Source: Gammaproteobacteria bacterium
GTDB taxonomy: Bacteria > Pseudomonadota > Gammaproteobacteria > Eutrophobiales > Eutrophobiaceae
Reading direction: 5' to 3'
Assembly (NCBI GenBank): GCA_965221695.1
Contig: OZ244905.1
Coordinates: 864,001 to 928,000, forward strand
Length of the DNA: 64,000 bases
Shown: piece by piece, positions 8,979-19,049 of the stretch
Layout of the letters: each line of letters begins with the position of its first letter
Numbering within the stretch: position 1 is the stretch's first letter
Translations under genes and position numbers: made by a program
The notes under the pieces: generated by a model
Databases searched by the model: none
What the model saw: only the letters and a program-made list of their open reading frames with translations
Told to the model about the DNA's origin: nothing

Positions 8979-10628
8979 TCAGTGGCTTGCCGCTTCAGAT
9001 GTGCCGATACCAAGTTCTGAACGTATGTATTGTTCGTTGAATGCCGCCCGTTCGCGACCCGCCCGGGCGCTTTTGTCTGTTACGGATAACGCCCAGGCCG
9101 TAACAAACGCCAGCGGCGCCGAAATGACGGTAGGATAGACATAAGGGAACAGCGGTTTTTCCATACCCATTACGTCCACCCATACCTGCGGTCCGACGAC
9201 AATCAGGGTTACGGAAGAAATCAGACCGGCCAGGCAACCGTAGATCGCGCCGCGCGTGGTCAGCCCGCGCCAGTACATGGAGAGCAGCAATATGGGCGCA
9301 TTGGCGCTGCCGGCCACCGCCAACGCCATGTTGGTGATGAAGATAACGTTGAGCTGCTCAAAGGCAATACCGAACAGGATAGCCAGTATGCCGATGACGA
9401 TAACGGCACAGCGAGAAACCAGTAGTTCGGACTTATCCGATGCCTGGCCGCGTTTCATCGATTTTGCATACAGGTCATGCGCTATAGTCGCCGCCGCAGA
9501 AATGGTCAAGCCGGATACGACCGCGAGGATGGTGGCAAAGGCGACAGCAGAGATAAAACCCAACAGGATGTTGCCCCCCAGGAAATGGGAAGCATGCAGC
9601 GCCACCATGTTGCGGCCGCCGTCCAGCAGGCCGGATGCATCCTGGTAGTCGGCATTGAACATGACCAGCGACACCGCGCCAAAGCCGATGACGATCATCA
9701 GCAAGTTGAAATACCCGATAATCGATACGGCATAAAACGTCGATTTTCGTGCGGCCCGGCCATCCTTCACCGTAAATATTCGCATCAGCACGTGCGGCAG
9801 TCCCAAAAAGCCCAGCAGGCAGGTCAGCCCCAGGGAGATCACCGATACCGGATCGGTCAGCCAACCTCCCGGCATCATCAGTCCCTCACCCTTCGGATGT
9901 ATGGCTACCGCATCGTGAAATATCCGCCCCAGGTCGAAATTGAAATGCTGCAGCATCAGAACGGTAATGATTGTTCCGCCGACCACCAGCAGGAAAGCCT
10001 TGATGATCTGTACCCAGGTGGTGGCCAGCATGCCCCCAAAAGTGACGTATAAAATCATCAGCGAACTCACGGAGGTAACCGCCCAGACATAATCGATGCC
10101 GAACAATAACTGGATCAGTTTACCGGCGCCGACGAGTTGCGAGATAAGGTAAAACACTGCGGTGGAAAGCGATCCCAGCGCGGCAACCAGGGTCACGGGA
10201 CGCTCCGCAAGCCGCAGGGACACGACATCGATAAACGTATACCGCCCCAGGTTACGCAGGCGCTCTGCAACCAGCAGCAAAATGAGCGGCCAACTGGCTA
10301 CGGCGCCGGCGGCGAGCATCAAACCGTCTGTTCCGGAAAAATACAACAGACTGGAAAGTCCCAAAAACGTGGCTGCGGACATGAAATCGCCGGAAATCGC
10401 AATGCCGTTCTGCAAAGGTGTAATGCCGCCTCCGGCAACATAGAACTCCTTGCGTGAATGGGTGCGCCGGGCCGCCCACCAGGTGATCAGCAATGTGCTC
10501 AAGACAAATAGCACAAACGTCAGGATCGCGGTGATATTAGGTCCGCCGGCAGCTTCCTCAACCGGCGCGGCTAACACTGTGCCCGCTGACAACGGCAGCA
10601 GCAGGAAAATCGACAAACTTCTAATCAT
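8979..10628 (-). CDS. actP: Cation/acetate (monocarboxylate) symporter ActP, SSS family
   Basis: FYVAGGGITPLQNGIAISGDFMSAATFLG, GGMLATTWVQIIKA, AFATILAVVSGL. Confidence 0.88.
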   Translation of the reverse strand: MIRSLSIFLLLPLSAGTVLAAPVEEAAGGPNITAILTFVLFVLSTLLITWWAARRTHSRKEFYVAGGGITPLQNGIAISGDFMSAATFLGLSSLLYFSGTDGLMLAAGAVASWPLILLLVAERLRNLGRYTFIDVVSLRLAERPVTLVAALGSLSTAVFYLISQLVGAGKLIQLLFGIDYVWAVTSVSSLMILYVTFGGMLATTWVQIIKAFLLVVGGTIITVLMLQHFNFDLGRIFHDAVAIHPKGEGLMMPGGWLTDPVSVISLGLTCLLGFLGLPHVLMRIFTVKDGRAARKSTFYAVSIIGYFNLLMIVIGFGAVSLVMFNADYQDASGLLDGGRNMVALHASHFLGGNILLGFISAVAFATILAVVSGLTISAAATIAHDLYAKSMKRGQASDKSELLVSRCAVIVIGILAILFGIAFEQLNVIFITNMALAVAGSANAPILLLSMYWRGLTTRGAIYGCLAGLISSVTLIVVGPQVWVDVMGMEKPLFPYVYPTVISAPLAFVTAWALSVTDKSARAGRERAAFNEQYIRSELGIGTSEAASH

Positions 10629-10938
10629 CCGCCAGTTCCTGCAATAGCCTGTCCCGTTCAGGGTCGAAATACCGGCCTGTCCACCAGGTATAAAACCCGG
10701 AAACAATAATACTTAACAGGATAACCAGCACAGTCAGCCAGATAATAATACTGACGGCGCTACCCTCAGGCCATGCCATCCCGGATAATTCGGGCAACCA
10801 GGCAATGGCGCCAAAATAGACGCCGAACTGCAATATGCCGATTGCCGTCAGCAGCCAGGTCACCCGCCGGCGTCGGCGCACAAGCGAGTGGTACCTGGCT
10901 GAATCTGACAGTATGCGGATTTGTTCCTGTAGTTCCAT
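10621..10938 (-). CDS. DUF485 (YjcH-like) two-TM partner of ActP
   Basis: RY..LVRRR, two hydrophobic helices, FDP near C-terminus; overlaps the actP start. Confidence 0.85.
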   Translation of the reverse strand: MELQEQIRILSDSARYHSLVRRRRRVTWLLTAIGILQFGVYFGAIAWLPELSGMAWPEGSAVSIIIWLTVLVILLSIIVSGFYTWWTGRYFDPERDRLLQELADD

Positions 10939-11047
10939 GATCGGGTTGGCAAGCTGTTTTTCAGCGTTATTCTTATCTGTGTTGGCCGCGTATGATATAA
11001 GGGAACCTCCGAAAATGCTATTTTTGAAATTCATCCTTGAAATTCGA

Positions 11048-11232
11048 GTCGCCCTGCAGGCGACACAGTATTCGACTGGACTCCCGCTTTCGCGGGAGTG
11101 GTACGGTGGCGGTGTTCACGCTAGCGCTCCCCTATCCCATTCCCGCGAAAGCGGGAATCCAGTGAAACTACGGGTCGCCCACCGGGCGACACCCTATTCT
11201 GCTGGACTCCCGCTGTTGCGACAGTGGTATAG
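11048..11232. repeat. Family 1 REP/BIME-like array
   Basis: hairpin + GACTCCCGCTTTCGCGGGAGTGG + ATTCCCGCGAAAGCGGGAATCC + hairpin + degenerate unit. Confidence 0.85.
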
Positions 11233-11256
11233 TGGCTGCTTTCACGGAGTTGATCC

Positions 11257-12462
11257 ATGACTGAAGAACAACAGAACAAACCCGTTGCCCCCTACATGGC
11301 CATCGGCTTGTCCACGACGATAACGGGAATAGCCGATCGCAAGCATATCCGACACAACCTGGAAAACATTGAGGAGGCGATCCATGCGGCCGTCTCAATG
11401 GTGAATATCAATATGTCGGTGAAAATCATCGCCCTGGCGGAAGGCGCGTTGACGGGTTTCACCGACGAGATCTTCGACCTGCCCCATGTGTTGGCGGCCA
11501 GGGAACTGTTCATCGATATCCCCGGCGAAGAGACCGAGTGGCTGGGGCGCCTGGCCAGGCTGTATAACACCTACATCATCGGCCAGTGCAAGGCGCGCTG
11601 GCCTGAAATCATGGAGGACCGGTTCTTCAACACGTTGTTCGTGATCGACCCGAACGGCAATGTCGCGCACAAGTCGGCGAAAAACCATATCTGGTGCCGG
11701 GAACGCTCCTGCACGCCCCACGATGTCTACGACCGTTGGGTGGATGTGTTCGGCGACGATATTGACGCATTCTATCCCGTATTGAAAACCGCGGACATCG
11801 GCAACATCGGCACGATCTGCTGCAGCGACGGCGAATACCCCGAAGCGGTGCGGGCGCTCGCGTTCAACGGCGCCGAAGTGGTCTACCGGCCCAGCGAGGC
11901 GATGCCCATGACCGGTTCCGGCTACCCGGGCGGCGGTTCCTGGATGATCCAGAACCGGGGCCATGCGGAATTCAACTCGGTATACATGCTGTGCCCCAAT
12001 GCCGGTCCCATTTTCCTGTCAGCTACATCAAAAAATCCGGTAGATATTACCGGCGGGCATGCCCACATCGTCGACTACCGTGGCGAGATCATGTCCTACA
12101 GCCCATCGGCGAACAATACCCTGGTGTGCGCCACCATTGATATCGAAGCCCTGCGCCAGTTCCGCCTGATGAACCTGAACAGCAACTGGCTGAAAGACCT
12201 GCGCACCGAAGTGTACAAGCGCATGTATGAAAAACCGATCCACCCGAAGAACCTGTGGATGAAACAGGACCCGCTGCGTCATGCGGAGGTGGATGAGATC
12301 TACCGCCAAAATATCGCCTCGCTGGTCGAGCGGGGTACCTGGACCAGGCCGTTTTATGAACATGAGGGCTGCCGATTTCAACCCGGCGGAGAGGAGGAAC
12401 CTCCCTGGCAGGAGTTGAAAAAAATGTGGGCGCCCTGGGATGAGAGAGAAACAGATGGATAA
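11257..12462 (+). CDS. Nitrilase-related carbon-nitrogen hydrolase
   Basis: E-K-C triad contexts ALAEGA, HKSAKNH, TICCSDGEYPE..R.LA.NGAE. Confidence 0.8.
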   Translation: MTEEQQNKPVAPYMAIGLSTTITGIADRKHIRHNLENIEEAIHAAVSMVNINMSVKIIALAEGALTGFTDEIFDLPHVLAARELFIDIPGEETEWLGRLARLYNTYIIGQCKARWPEIMEDRFFNTLFVIDPNGNVAHKSAKNHIWCRERSCTPHDVYDRWVDVFGDDIDAFYPVLKTADIGNIGTICCSDGEYPEAVRALAFNGAEVVYRPSEAMPMTGSGYPGGGSWMIQNRGHAEFNSVYMLCPNAGPIFLSATSKNPVDITGGHAHIVDYRGEIMSYSPSANNTLVCATIDIEALRQFRLMNLNSNWLKDLRTEVYKRMYEKPIHPKNLWMKQDPLRHAEVDEIYRQNIASLVERGTWTRPFYEHEGCRFQPGGEEEPPWQELKKMWAPWDERETDG

Positions 12463-14032
12463 ATTCGATGCGATTATCGTCGGCAGCGGCATCAATGCGC
12501 TGGTGTGCGCGGCCTTGTTGAGCAAGCAAGGCAACAAGGTACTGGTACTGGAGCGCAACGACCGCCTGGGGGGGTGTATCCGCACAGATGAGATTACCGC
12601 GCCGGGCTTTGTCCACGATGTCCTGTCCAGTTGGCACCCGCTGTTCGTCACCTCGCCAGGCTATGCCGAGTTGAAGGATGAACTGGAACAGTACGGACTG
12701 GAATACTGTAATACCGACACGCCTACCGCGGTGGCGCTGCCCGACCAGACAGCTTTCGTCCTGAAGAATTCGCGGGAGCAAAACATTGACGCGATGAATG
12801 CGCTGTCCAACGGTGACGGCGATCGTTATCGCGCGGCCATGGCAGAACTGGAACAATCTCTGGGGCTTACCTTTACCCTGCTGGGCAGCGAATTGTGGCG
12901 CGGCGCGACGCTGAAGGTATTCCTCTCTGCGCTGGTGAAAATGGGGCCGTTCAAACTGGCGCAGTATTTTGGCGCCGGACTGCAACCGGCGCGCGCCTGG
13001 CTGGAGACGACTTTTAACGCCAACGCGGTCAGCGCCTGCTTGGCCGGCTGGCCGTCCCATGCCGGTATCGGTCCGGATGCGCCCGGGTCAGCGCTGATGG
13101 CCCGAATAATTGCCTTCACACTGGAAATGGCGGGCTGTCCGGTTGTCAAGGGCGGCAACTACAACATCGTGCGGGCTTTTCAGCGGCTTATTGAAGCCCA
13201 TGGCGGCGAATTGCAGGTGAACGCGGATGTCACCCGGGTGATTACGACGCATGGCCGGGCAACCGGCGTCAGAACCCGCGCCGGCATGGAGTATTCGGCC
13301 GGCAAGGTGATTTGCAGCGTCACACCGAACCAGCTTTACGAAAACCTGCTGGAACCGGCCGATGTGCCGGCCACGGTGGCTGAACAAACCAGGGACTACC
13401 GGTACGGCAACGGCGACATGCAAATTCACCTGGCCCTGTCGGAGCCGCCACAGTGGCATGCGCCAGGTTTGGAGAATGTCGCGATCACGCATATTACCAG
13501 CGGTGTGGATGCGGTCGCGCGTTCGATCAACGAGGCGCGCTGCGGGCTGCTGCCGCAGGAAGCGACCATCGTAGTCGGCCAGCCGGCGGCGCTGGACCCG
13601 AGCCGGACGCCCGACGGCAAGGGCTTGTTGTGGATACAATTGCAGGAATGCCCGCGCCGCATAAAAGGCGATGCGGCCGGCAACATCAAAGCGCCCGCAG
13701 ACGGCGCCTGGACTGCAGCGGTACGCGAAGCCTATGCAGACCGCATCATCGATCGGCTGGCGCGCTACATGCCAAACCTGAAAGACAGCATTATTGCCAG
13801 AACGGCGCTATCCCCCGCCGACCTGGAAGCGATAAACATCAACCTGGTGGGGGGAGACCCCTACGGCGGCGCTTGCTCGCTGGACCAGTTCTTCCTGTGG
13901 CGGCCATTGCGGGCGCTGAAGAACCACGATACACCGGTTAAAAATCTGTATCACATCGGCGCATCCACCCATCCCGGCCCGGGTCTGGGTGGCGGCTCCG
14001 GCTACCTGGTCGCAAAGACCTTACAACACTAG
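12455..14032 (+). CDS. Phytoene-dehydrogenase-like FAD-dependent oxidoreductase
   Basis: DAIIVGSGINAL, VLERNDRLGG, NLVGGDPYGG, LYHIGASTHPGPGLGGGSG. Confidence 0.88.
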   Translation: MDKFDAIIVGSGINALVCAALLSKQGNKVLVLERNDRLGGCIRTDEITAPGFVHDVLSSWHPLFVTSPGYAELKDELEQYGLEYCNTDTPTAVALPDQTAFVLKNSREQNIDAMNALSNGDGDRYRAAMAELEQSLGLTFTLLGSELWRGATLKVFLSALVKMGPFKLAQYFGAGLQPARAWLETTFNANAVSACLAGWPSHAGIGPDAPGSALMARIIAFTLEMAGCPVVKGGNYNIVRAFQRLIEAHGGELQVNADVTRVITTHGRATGVRTRAGMEYSAGKVICSVTPNQLYENLLEPADVPATVAEQTRDYRYGNGDMQIHLALSEPPQWHAPGLENVAITHITSGVDAVARSINEARCGLLPQEATIVVGQPAALDPSRTPDGKGLLWIQLQECPRRIKGDAAGNIKAPADGAWTAAVREAYADRIIDRLARYMPNLKDSIIARTALSPADLEAININLVGGDPYGGACSLDQFFLWRPLRALKNHDTPVKNLYHIGASTHPGPGLGGGSGYLVAKTLQH

Positions 14033-14044
14033 CGGAGAGAACGC

Positions 14045-14353
14045 ATGATCAGAGTCAATGTAATGTACCCCAAGCAGGAAAACGGTAATTTCGACTACGA
14101 CTACTACCTGAACACCCATATGCCCCTGGTGGAGAAACGATGGGGCGATGTGGTACGCGGCATGGAAGTCTACAAGGGGCTGGGCGGCGCCGGCGGCGCC
14201 CCGGAACCTTATGTCACCGTCGCCAGCCTGAAATTCGACAGCGTGGAGGCATTCGAGCAAGCGCTGGATGCCCATGCGCCCGAAATCATGGGCGACATCC
14301 CTAATTTCACCAATATCAACCCGGTTGTGCAGATAGAGGAACAGTTATTGTAG
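14045..14353 (+). CDS. EthD family protein
   Basis: FDYDYYLNTHMPL, IMGDIPNFTNINP. Confidence 0.9.
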   Translation: MIRVNVMYPKQENGNFDYDYYLNTHMPLVEKRWGDVVRGMEVYKGLGGAGGAPEPYVTVASLKFDSVEAFEQALDAHAPEIMGDIPNFTNINPVVQIEEQLL

Positions 14354-15823
14354 CAGCCAGGCCGCGTTCTGCTGCTTGCAGAAACCGTCCTCTTCCAGTT
14401 TGATCAGACCGGCCAGCAAGGATCGGGCGGCAATCGGGTAGACGCTTTCCGATACGTCCGGGTAGGTATCGAGCAGTAATTCATCGACCGCGCGCGGCGT
14501 GCCGGACAAAGCCGCCTTGAGCGCGGCTTCGCGCATTTCCCGATGCCTGATAAAGTGCCGGATCAGGCTGTGGCCGTCGCGCCGGGGCGGCCCATGGGCA
14601 GGATACAGGACACCCATGGGAGTACCAAGCAACCTGTTAAGACTGTCTAAATAGGTGTGCATGTGACCTTCCGGCGGGTCGATAACAATGGTTGACACCG
14701 TGGACAGCATATCGCCCACGATCGCCGCATGGTAGCGGCTGTCGATAAAACACAGGTGATCGACCGCATGACCCGGTGTATGCATCACGTTCAGATGCCA
14801 GTCGCCGGACCCATCCGGCGCTGTGCCAAGCTCCAGGCGGTCGCCGTCCGTTAACGGTTCCCCCGGTATAAAACCGGCGTCGATGCGGCGGTAGGTCTCT
14901 TCATGGGCGCGCAACGGTAGCCGATACCGTTGGCTCACCGCGTTGACCGCGCCAACGTGGTCCCGGTGGTGATGCGTTAACAGGATAGCCTGAAACCTTC
15001 CTCCCTCGTTAATCAGGTCGTCCATCCGGTTGAACAGCCGTTGCTGTTCCCCCTGGTCCGGAGTCGCCGGATCGATGATGTAGAGCCTGTCCGTGCCGGC
15101 TATGATGGTATTGGTGGTGGTCGCCGGCGGTAATGTCGGCGTTGCCAGCGGCGCGACGAAGATGCCCGGTGAAAAATAAACCGGATGCAGGCCGCCCTGC
15201 GCCAGGCGTTCCGTTTCATGCCTGCTGCGTTCAAGGAACATATCCAGACCACCCTCGGCCATCAGGCGCAACAGAAAAAGCACCGGCGGCGCGATCTCCA
15301 TTTCCCCCCTGTCCCAGGCGTCGACCACTTCCCCGGGCCTGACAAACCGACCTTCGACCAGTTCATAATTATCGACGGCCGGAGTTTCATGTTCCGGGCA
15401 GCGGACGTACATGAACAAGGTATCGAAACGGACCGGAAAAAACGGCGGTGTGGTGACGCGGTACAATGGCGTCATCCGGGGAAACGCTGCGTCATACTGC
15501 GCCAGGAAATCCCGCCATTGTTCAGGCTCATCCTTGATCTGCTGTTTCAGCGCCTGTTTCCGCTCCGGGCTGAATTCCTCGCCCAAGGTGGCAGACAGTA
15601 TGTCCGTTTCCTCCAGGATTTCACGTACTGCGCAGCGTTTCAGCGCCAGTTCCTCCGGATCGTCCTCCCCATGACTATCGACCGTGCTGACGTTGCCGCC
15701 GGGAAACACCCAGTAACCGCCGAAGAACTTGAGCTCGGGAGCGCGCTTGACCAGGTAAACTTCCGGGTCCTGGTCAGACCCGCGGACCAGAATAACAGAA
15801 GCAGCGAGTTTTATTTTTCCCAT
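14345..15823 (-). CDS. NUDIX hydrolase / metallo-beta-lactamase-fold fusion protein
   Basis: N-terminal VFPGG...AVREILEET; C-terminal THHHRDH, HTPGH, GD, PAHG. Confidence 0.88.
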   Translation of the reverse strand: MGKIKLAASVILVRGSDQDPEVYLVKRAPELKFFGGYWVFPGGNVSTVDSHGEDDPEELALKRCAVREILEETDILSATLGEEFSPERKQALKQQIKDEPEQWRDFLAQYDAAFPRMTPLYRVTTPPFFPVRFDTLFMYVRCPEHETPAVDNYELVEGRFVRPGEVVDAWDRGEMEIAPPVLFLLRLMAEGGLDMFLERSRHETERLAQGGLHPVYFSPGIFVAPLATPTLPPATTTNTIIAGTDRLYIIDPATPDQGEQQRLFNRMDDLINEGGRFQAILLTHHHRDHVGAVNAVSQRYRLPLRAHEETYRRIDAGFIPGEPLTDGDRLELGTAPDGSGDWHLNVMHTPGHAVDHLCFIDSRYHAAIVGDMLSTVSTIVIDPPEGHMHTYLDSLNRLLGTPMGVLYPAHGPPRRDGHSLIRHFIRHREMREAALKAALSGTPRAVDELLLDTYPDVSESVYPIAARSLLAGLIKLEEDGFCKQQNAAWLLQ

Positions 15824-15836
15824 GGAAACAGTATTA

Positions 15837-16631
15837 TCAGGACGCAGAGGAGTCCCGACACAACAACTTGCTCCGGGCCGCCTTCAGCTCCGAGTCAGAT
15901 AACTGAGCTAAGGCCGTCTTCTCCAAATAACCGACCTCCTGGCGAATAATACGAAACGTATTGTCGGCCCCCTCCAACCATACGTAGTATCCACACACCA
16001 ATAGACTCTCATATGAGCCCTCAAAGTCCGTAGCTACGTAGATACTCGGCTCAGGTGCGCCGGGTGGGTCGACATAGACAGTTACCCGCCATATATCGAT
16101 TGCCCGAAACGCTCCATACTTACTTCGAAACTGCACCTGCTCAGCCTTCCGGCACTTAAACGGTGACGAGCTCTGGAGAAATTCCGATAACATTGCATAA
16201 GCCTTGTCGAATTGTTCAGTATCCACCCAATCCAGGTAAGAGTGTGTCAGGCGAGTTGTCATCCGCTCAATGTCTGCCCGTTCCTGCAGATCAAGCGACC
16301 TGCTCGGTCCACCAACTTCTTCATGTTTGCCGCCACAGATGACATCCTGAACAAGAACAATTTCTTCACCTGGCGCCGTTTCGCTAATAGCCTCCCTCAT
16401 TGAGAATTGATATCTTCCAAACTGCGGCACAAGCTCACCACATACATCGATAGCTGTTGCAAGCAGAAGCTACTGCCCTTCTCCCACGCCAATTGCTTCT
16501 TCAATGGTTAACCTCAGTTGGTAAGTATCCTCCGATTGTTGCGTGATATTAATCTCAGGCTCACCTTTAGCTGCCGATACAAGCAGAAATACCAGGGCAA
16601 CGCTTGTTGCCAGTACGTTCATTTCTTTCAT
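15837..16631 (-). pseudogene. Secreted protein (DUF4019-like C-terminal domain) interrupted by an in-frame TAG at 16470-16472
   Basis: ORFs 16470-16631 and 15837-16430 are in the same frame: ..GEGQ*LLLATAIDVCGELVPQF..; signal-peptide-like N-terminus. Confidence 0.6.
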
Positions 16632-16654
16632 TCGATGTTGCCCTGTTTTACCAG

Positions 16655-16970
16655 TCTGGATAGCTCGCAAACCATTGAAAAAGGGTCTCTATCTCACGCA
16701 TAATATGAGCGTTATCAATAGCTTACATTAACTTGAAAAGAAGGCCCCATGAATACAGAGTGTACGGCAACCCAACTTGAATTTCAATGCTTTGGTCGAC
16801 AGCAGGTGACCGGCCAATTTGACAGTGGTCGGCTCACCTAGGACGCTGGCGGCCTGCTACTTCGAGAGGTAGCACAGTGCCTGGACCTGTTCGCCCTTCA
16901 GGCCGGGTGTTTTACGGATTATCGCCAGGCCGGGATGGTGAAGCATCCGGTACGGTCATTGTCGCCCTAT
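16655..16970 (+). mobile_element. IS1380-family transposase 5' remnant
   Basis: From ATG 16749: MNTECTATQLEFQCFGRQQVTGQFDSGRLT*DAGGLLLRE..CFTDYR, matching the IS1380 N-terminal FDGG.LTSDAG.LLL pattern with an internal stop. Confidence 0.65.
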
Positions 16971-17089
16971 GTAACGATCTATACATATTGATCCGTTCAT
17001 GTATAGAAAATAAACATTTTGTTGACATGACGGATGGTTATGTATAAAAAGTAATCACTTTCTATACATATAGGACTAATGTGGATACC

Positions 17090-18196
17090 ATGACAAACCA
17101 AGGTACCATCGCACTGTTACCACCCACCTCCGAACTAGAATCTCGTTCGGTCCTGAAACGTCTCGCCACGGCTCACCGCTATCTGGCGGAACTCAAGGGC
17201 TTGGCGGCCACCATCCCCAACGAGCATATCCTGATTAACACTCTTGCCCTGCAGGAGGCCAAGGACAGCTCCGAGATCGAAAACATCATCACCACCCACG
17301 ACGATCTCTACAAAGCCGACCTGTTTGCGGATTATATAAAGAATCCAGCTGCCAAGGAGGTCAGCCGCTACGCCTCCGCCCTGAAGATCGCCTTCGAGCA
17401 GGTGAAACGCGACTGGCTGCTGACCATCAATCGGATTGTCGAGATTCACCGGGTACTGGAGCAAAATGATGCTGGCTTTCGCAAGCTGCCCGGCACAGCT
17501 CTCAAAAACGAGCGCACCGGTGAGACTGTTTATACCCCGCCGCAGGATCACCGGGAAATTGTACGCCTGATGAGCAACCTGGAGCAGTTCATCAATGACG
17601 ACGCTCTCTGTGATGTAGATAGTCTGATCAAGATGGCGGTAATCCACCACCAGTTCGAAAGCATCCATCCCTTTTATGACGGTAACGGCCGTACCGGACG
17701 CATCATAAATATCCTCTACCTGGTGGCTAAGGGACTGCTCGATATTCCCGTACTCTATCTCAGCCGCTACATCATCCGAAACAAGGCGGACTATTACCGC
17801 CTGCTGCAGGCCACGCGCGACACTGGCGACTGGGAACCCTGGATCCTCTACATGTTGGAAGGTATTGAACTCACCTCGCGCCAAACTATCTGGATCATCC
17901 AGCAGATCAAAGAAATCATGATGACCTATAAGCATCGTATCCGTTCGGAGCTGCCGAAGATCTACAGTCAGGACCTGCTCAATAATTTGTTCTGTCACCC
18001 ATATACCAAGATCGAATCGGTCCAGAAAGAACTGCGCGTCTCGCGCCTCACGGCAGTCAAATACCTTGAACTGCTGACAGAAAAGGGTTTCATCGAAAAA
18101 CACAAGATCGGTCGTTACAACTACTATGTCAACAGACCGCTGATGGGCATCTTCAAGGAGATACCTGACCTGCCGAGAGTTGTTGAGCCGCAATGA
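17090..18196 (+). CDS. Fic family protein with Fic_N domain and C-terminal HTH
   Basis: QEAKDSSEIENI; catalytic HPFYDGNGRTGR; SRLTAVKYLELL HTH. Confidence 0.95.
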   Translation: MTNQGTIALLPPTSELESRSVLKRLATAHRYLAELKGLAATIPNEHILINTLALQEAKDSSEIENIITTHDDLYKADLFADYIKNPAAKEVSRYASALKIAFEQVKRDWLLTINRIVEIHRVLEQNDAGFRKLPGTALKNERTGETVYTPPQDHREIVRLMSNLEQFINDDALCDVDSLIKMAVIHHQFESIHPFYDGNGRTGRIINILYLVAKGLLDIPVLYLSRYIIRNKADYYRLLQATRDTGDWEPWILYMLEGIELTSRQTIWIIQQIKEIMMTYKHRIRSELPKIYSQDLLNNLFCHPYTKIESVQKELRVSRLTAVKYLELLTEKGFIEKHKIGRYNYYVNRPLMGIFKEIPDLPRVVEPQ

Positions 18197-19049
18197 GGAG
18201 ACTGGAAGGATATGGGTATCAGGTTTCTATGGCGAAAATTCTGGTCAACGCTGAGAGGAGCAAGCTGAATCGTTATGAACCGGAGTGAAGTGGCTGAACC
18301 AAGAGAAAAGAATGATGTGTTGGATACCCAACTTTGGCTGGACGGTAGCCCTTTTGTCAAACGGGCATCTCGATTATGAATCTTGATAATCTGAAGCGCA
18401 TCAATGAGAAATCAATAAGAATGCCACATGTACGCTTGTTCTTGATGATTCGCGTACTATCTATCGTCGTTGTCAAGGCAGGATGAATTGGACGGCGTCG
18501 AATAGCCGACAGATAGTAGTGGCGTTACACTTTCGACAAGGTAGTAGCGTTCCCGCACAGGCGCGATGCGGCCGGGTTCGGGGTTAATCGGGCTAAGCAC
18601 CGTTACCCCGTTGACCCAAAGCACAATGCGGCACCAAATGTGCCCGCTTCCCCTCGGCCTGACCACCACGGTGACCACACCGTTGTCGGCCACAGTCGAC
18701 CCGATCACCGCATTGAAGCGACAAAACCGGCCAACGCCAGGTTATACGCGGCGTTTGCCCAATTGATAGACCCGTATCACTGCCTGTTTGACTGCCGACC
18801 GTCGAATCGGTCGCCTCGGTCCCCGATATCCAGCCGTATTGAGCTTATTACAGAACCTGTTGAGAAATCGGTAATGAGATATTTAGGCGAGAAACAGGTC
18901 GCCATCGGTAATATGGCGTGTCCAGAGTAACACCCCCCCGGTCCTGGTCAGACCCGCGCACAAGGATAACACTGGCGGCTAATTTGATGCTGGACATTGC
19001 GCCAGTATACTGCGAACACCTAATTAAGTCAGGGTTTCCGGCAAGCAGT

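Noticed and set aside
12455-14032. Carotenoid biosynthesis gene crtI
   Set aside because: No crtB, crtE or crtY nearby; fits the broader uncharacterised oxidoreductase group
16470-16472. Pyrrolysine recoding of the TAG
   Set aside because: No pyl genes in the window, TAG is used as a normal stop elsewhere (e.g. prfB), and the region is decaying
18200-19049. Short ORFs downstream of Fic
   Set aside because: Overlapping, no RBS or motif support; probably degraded sequence
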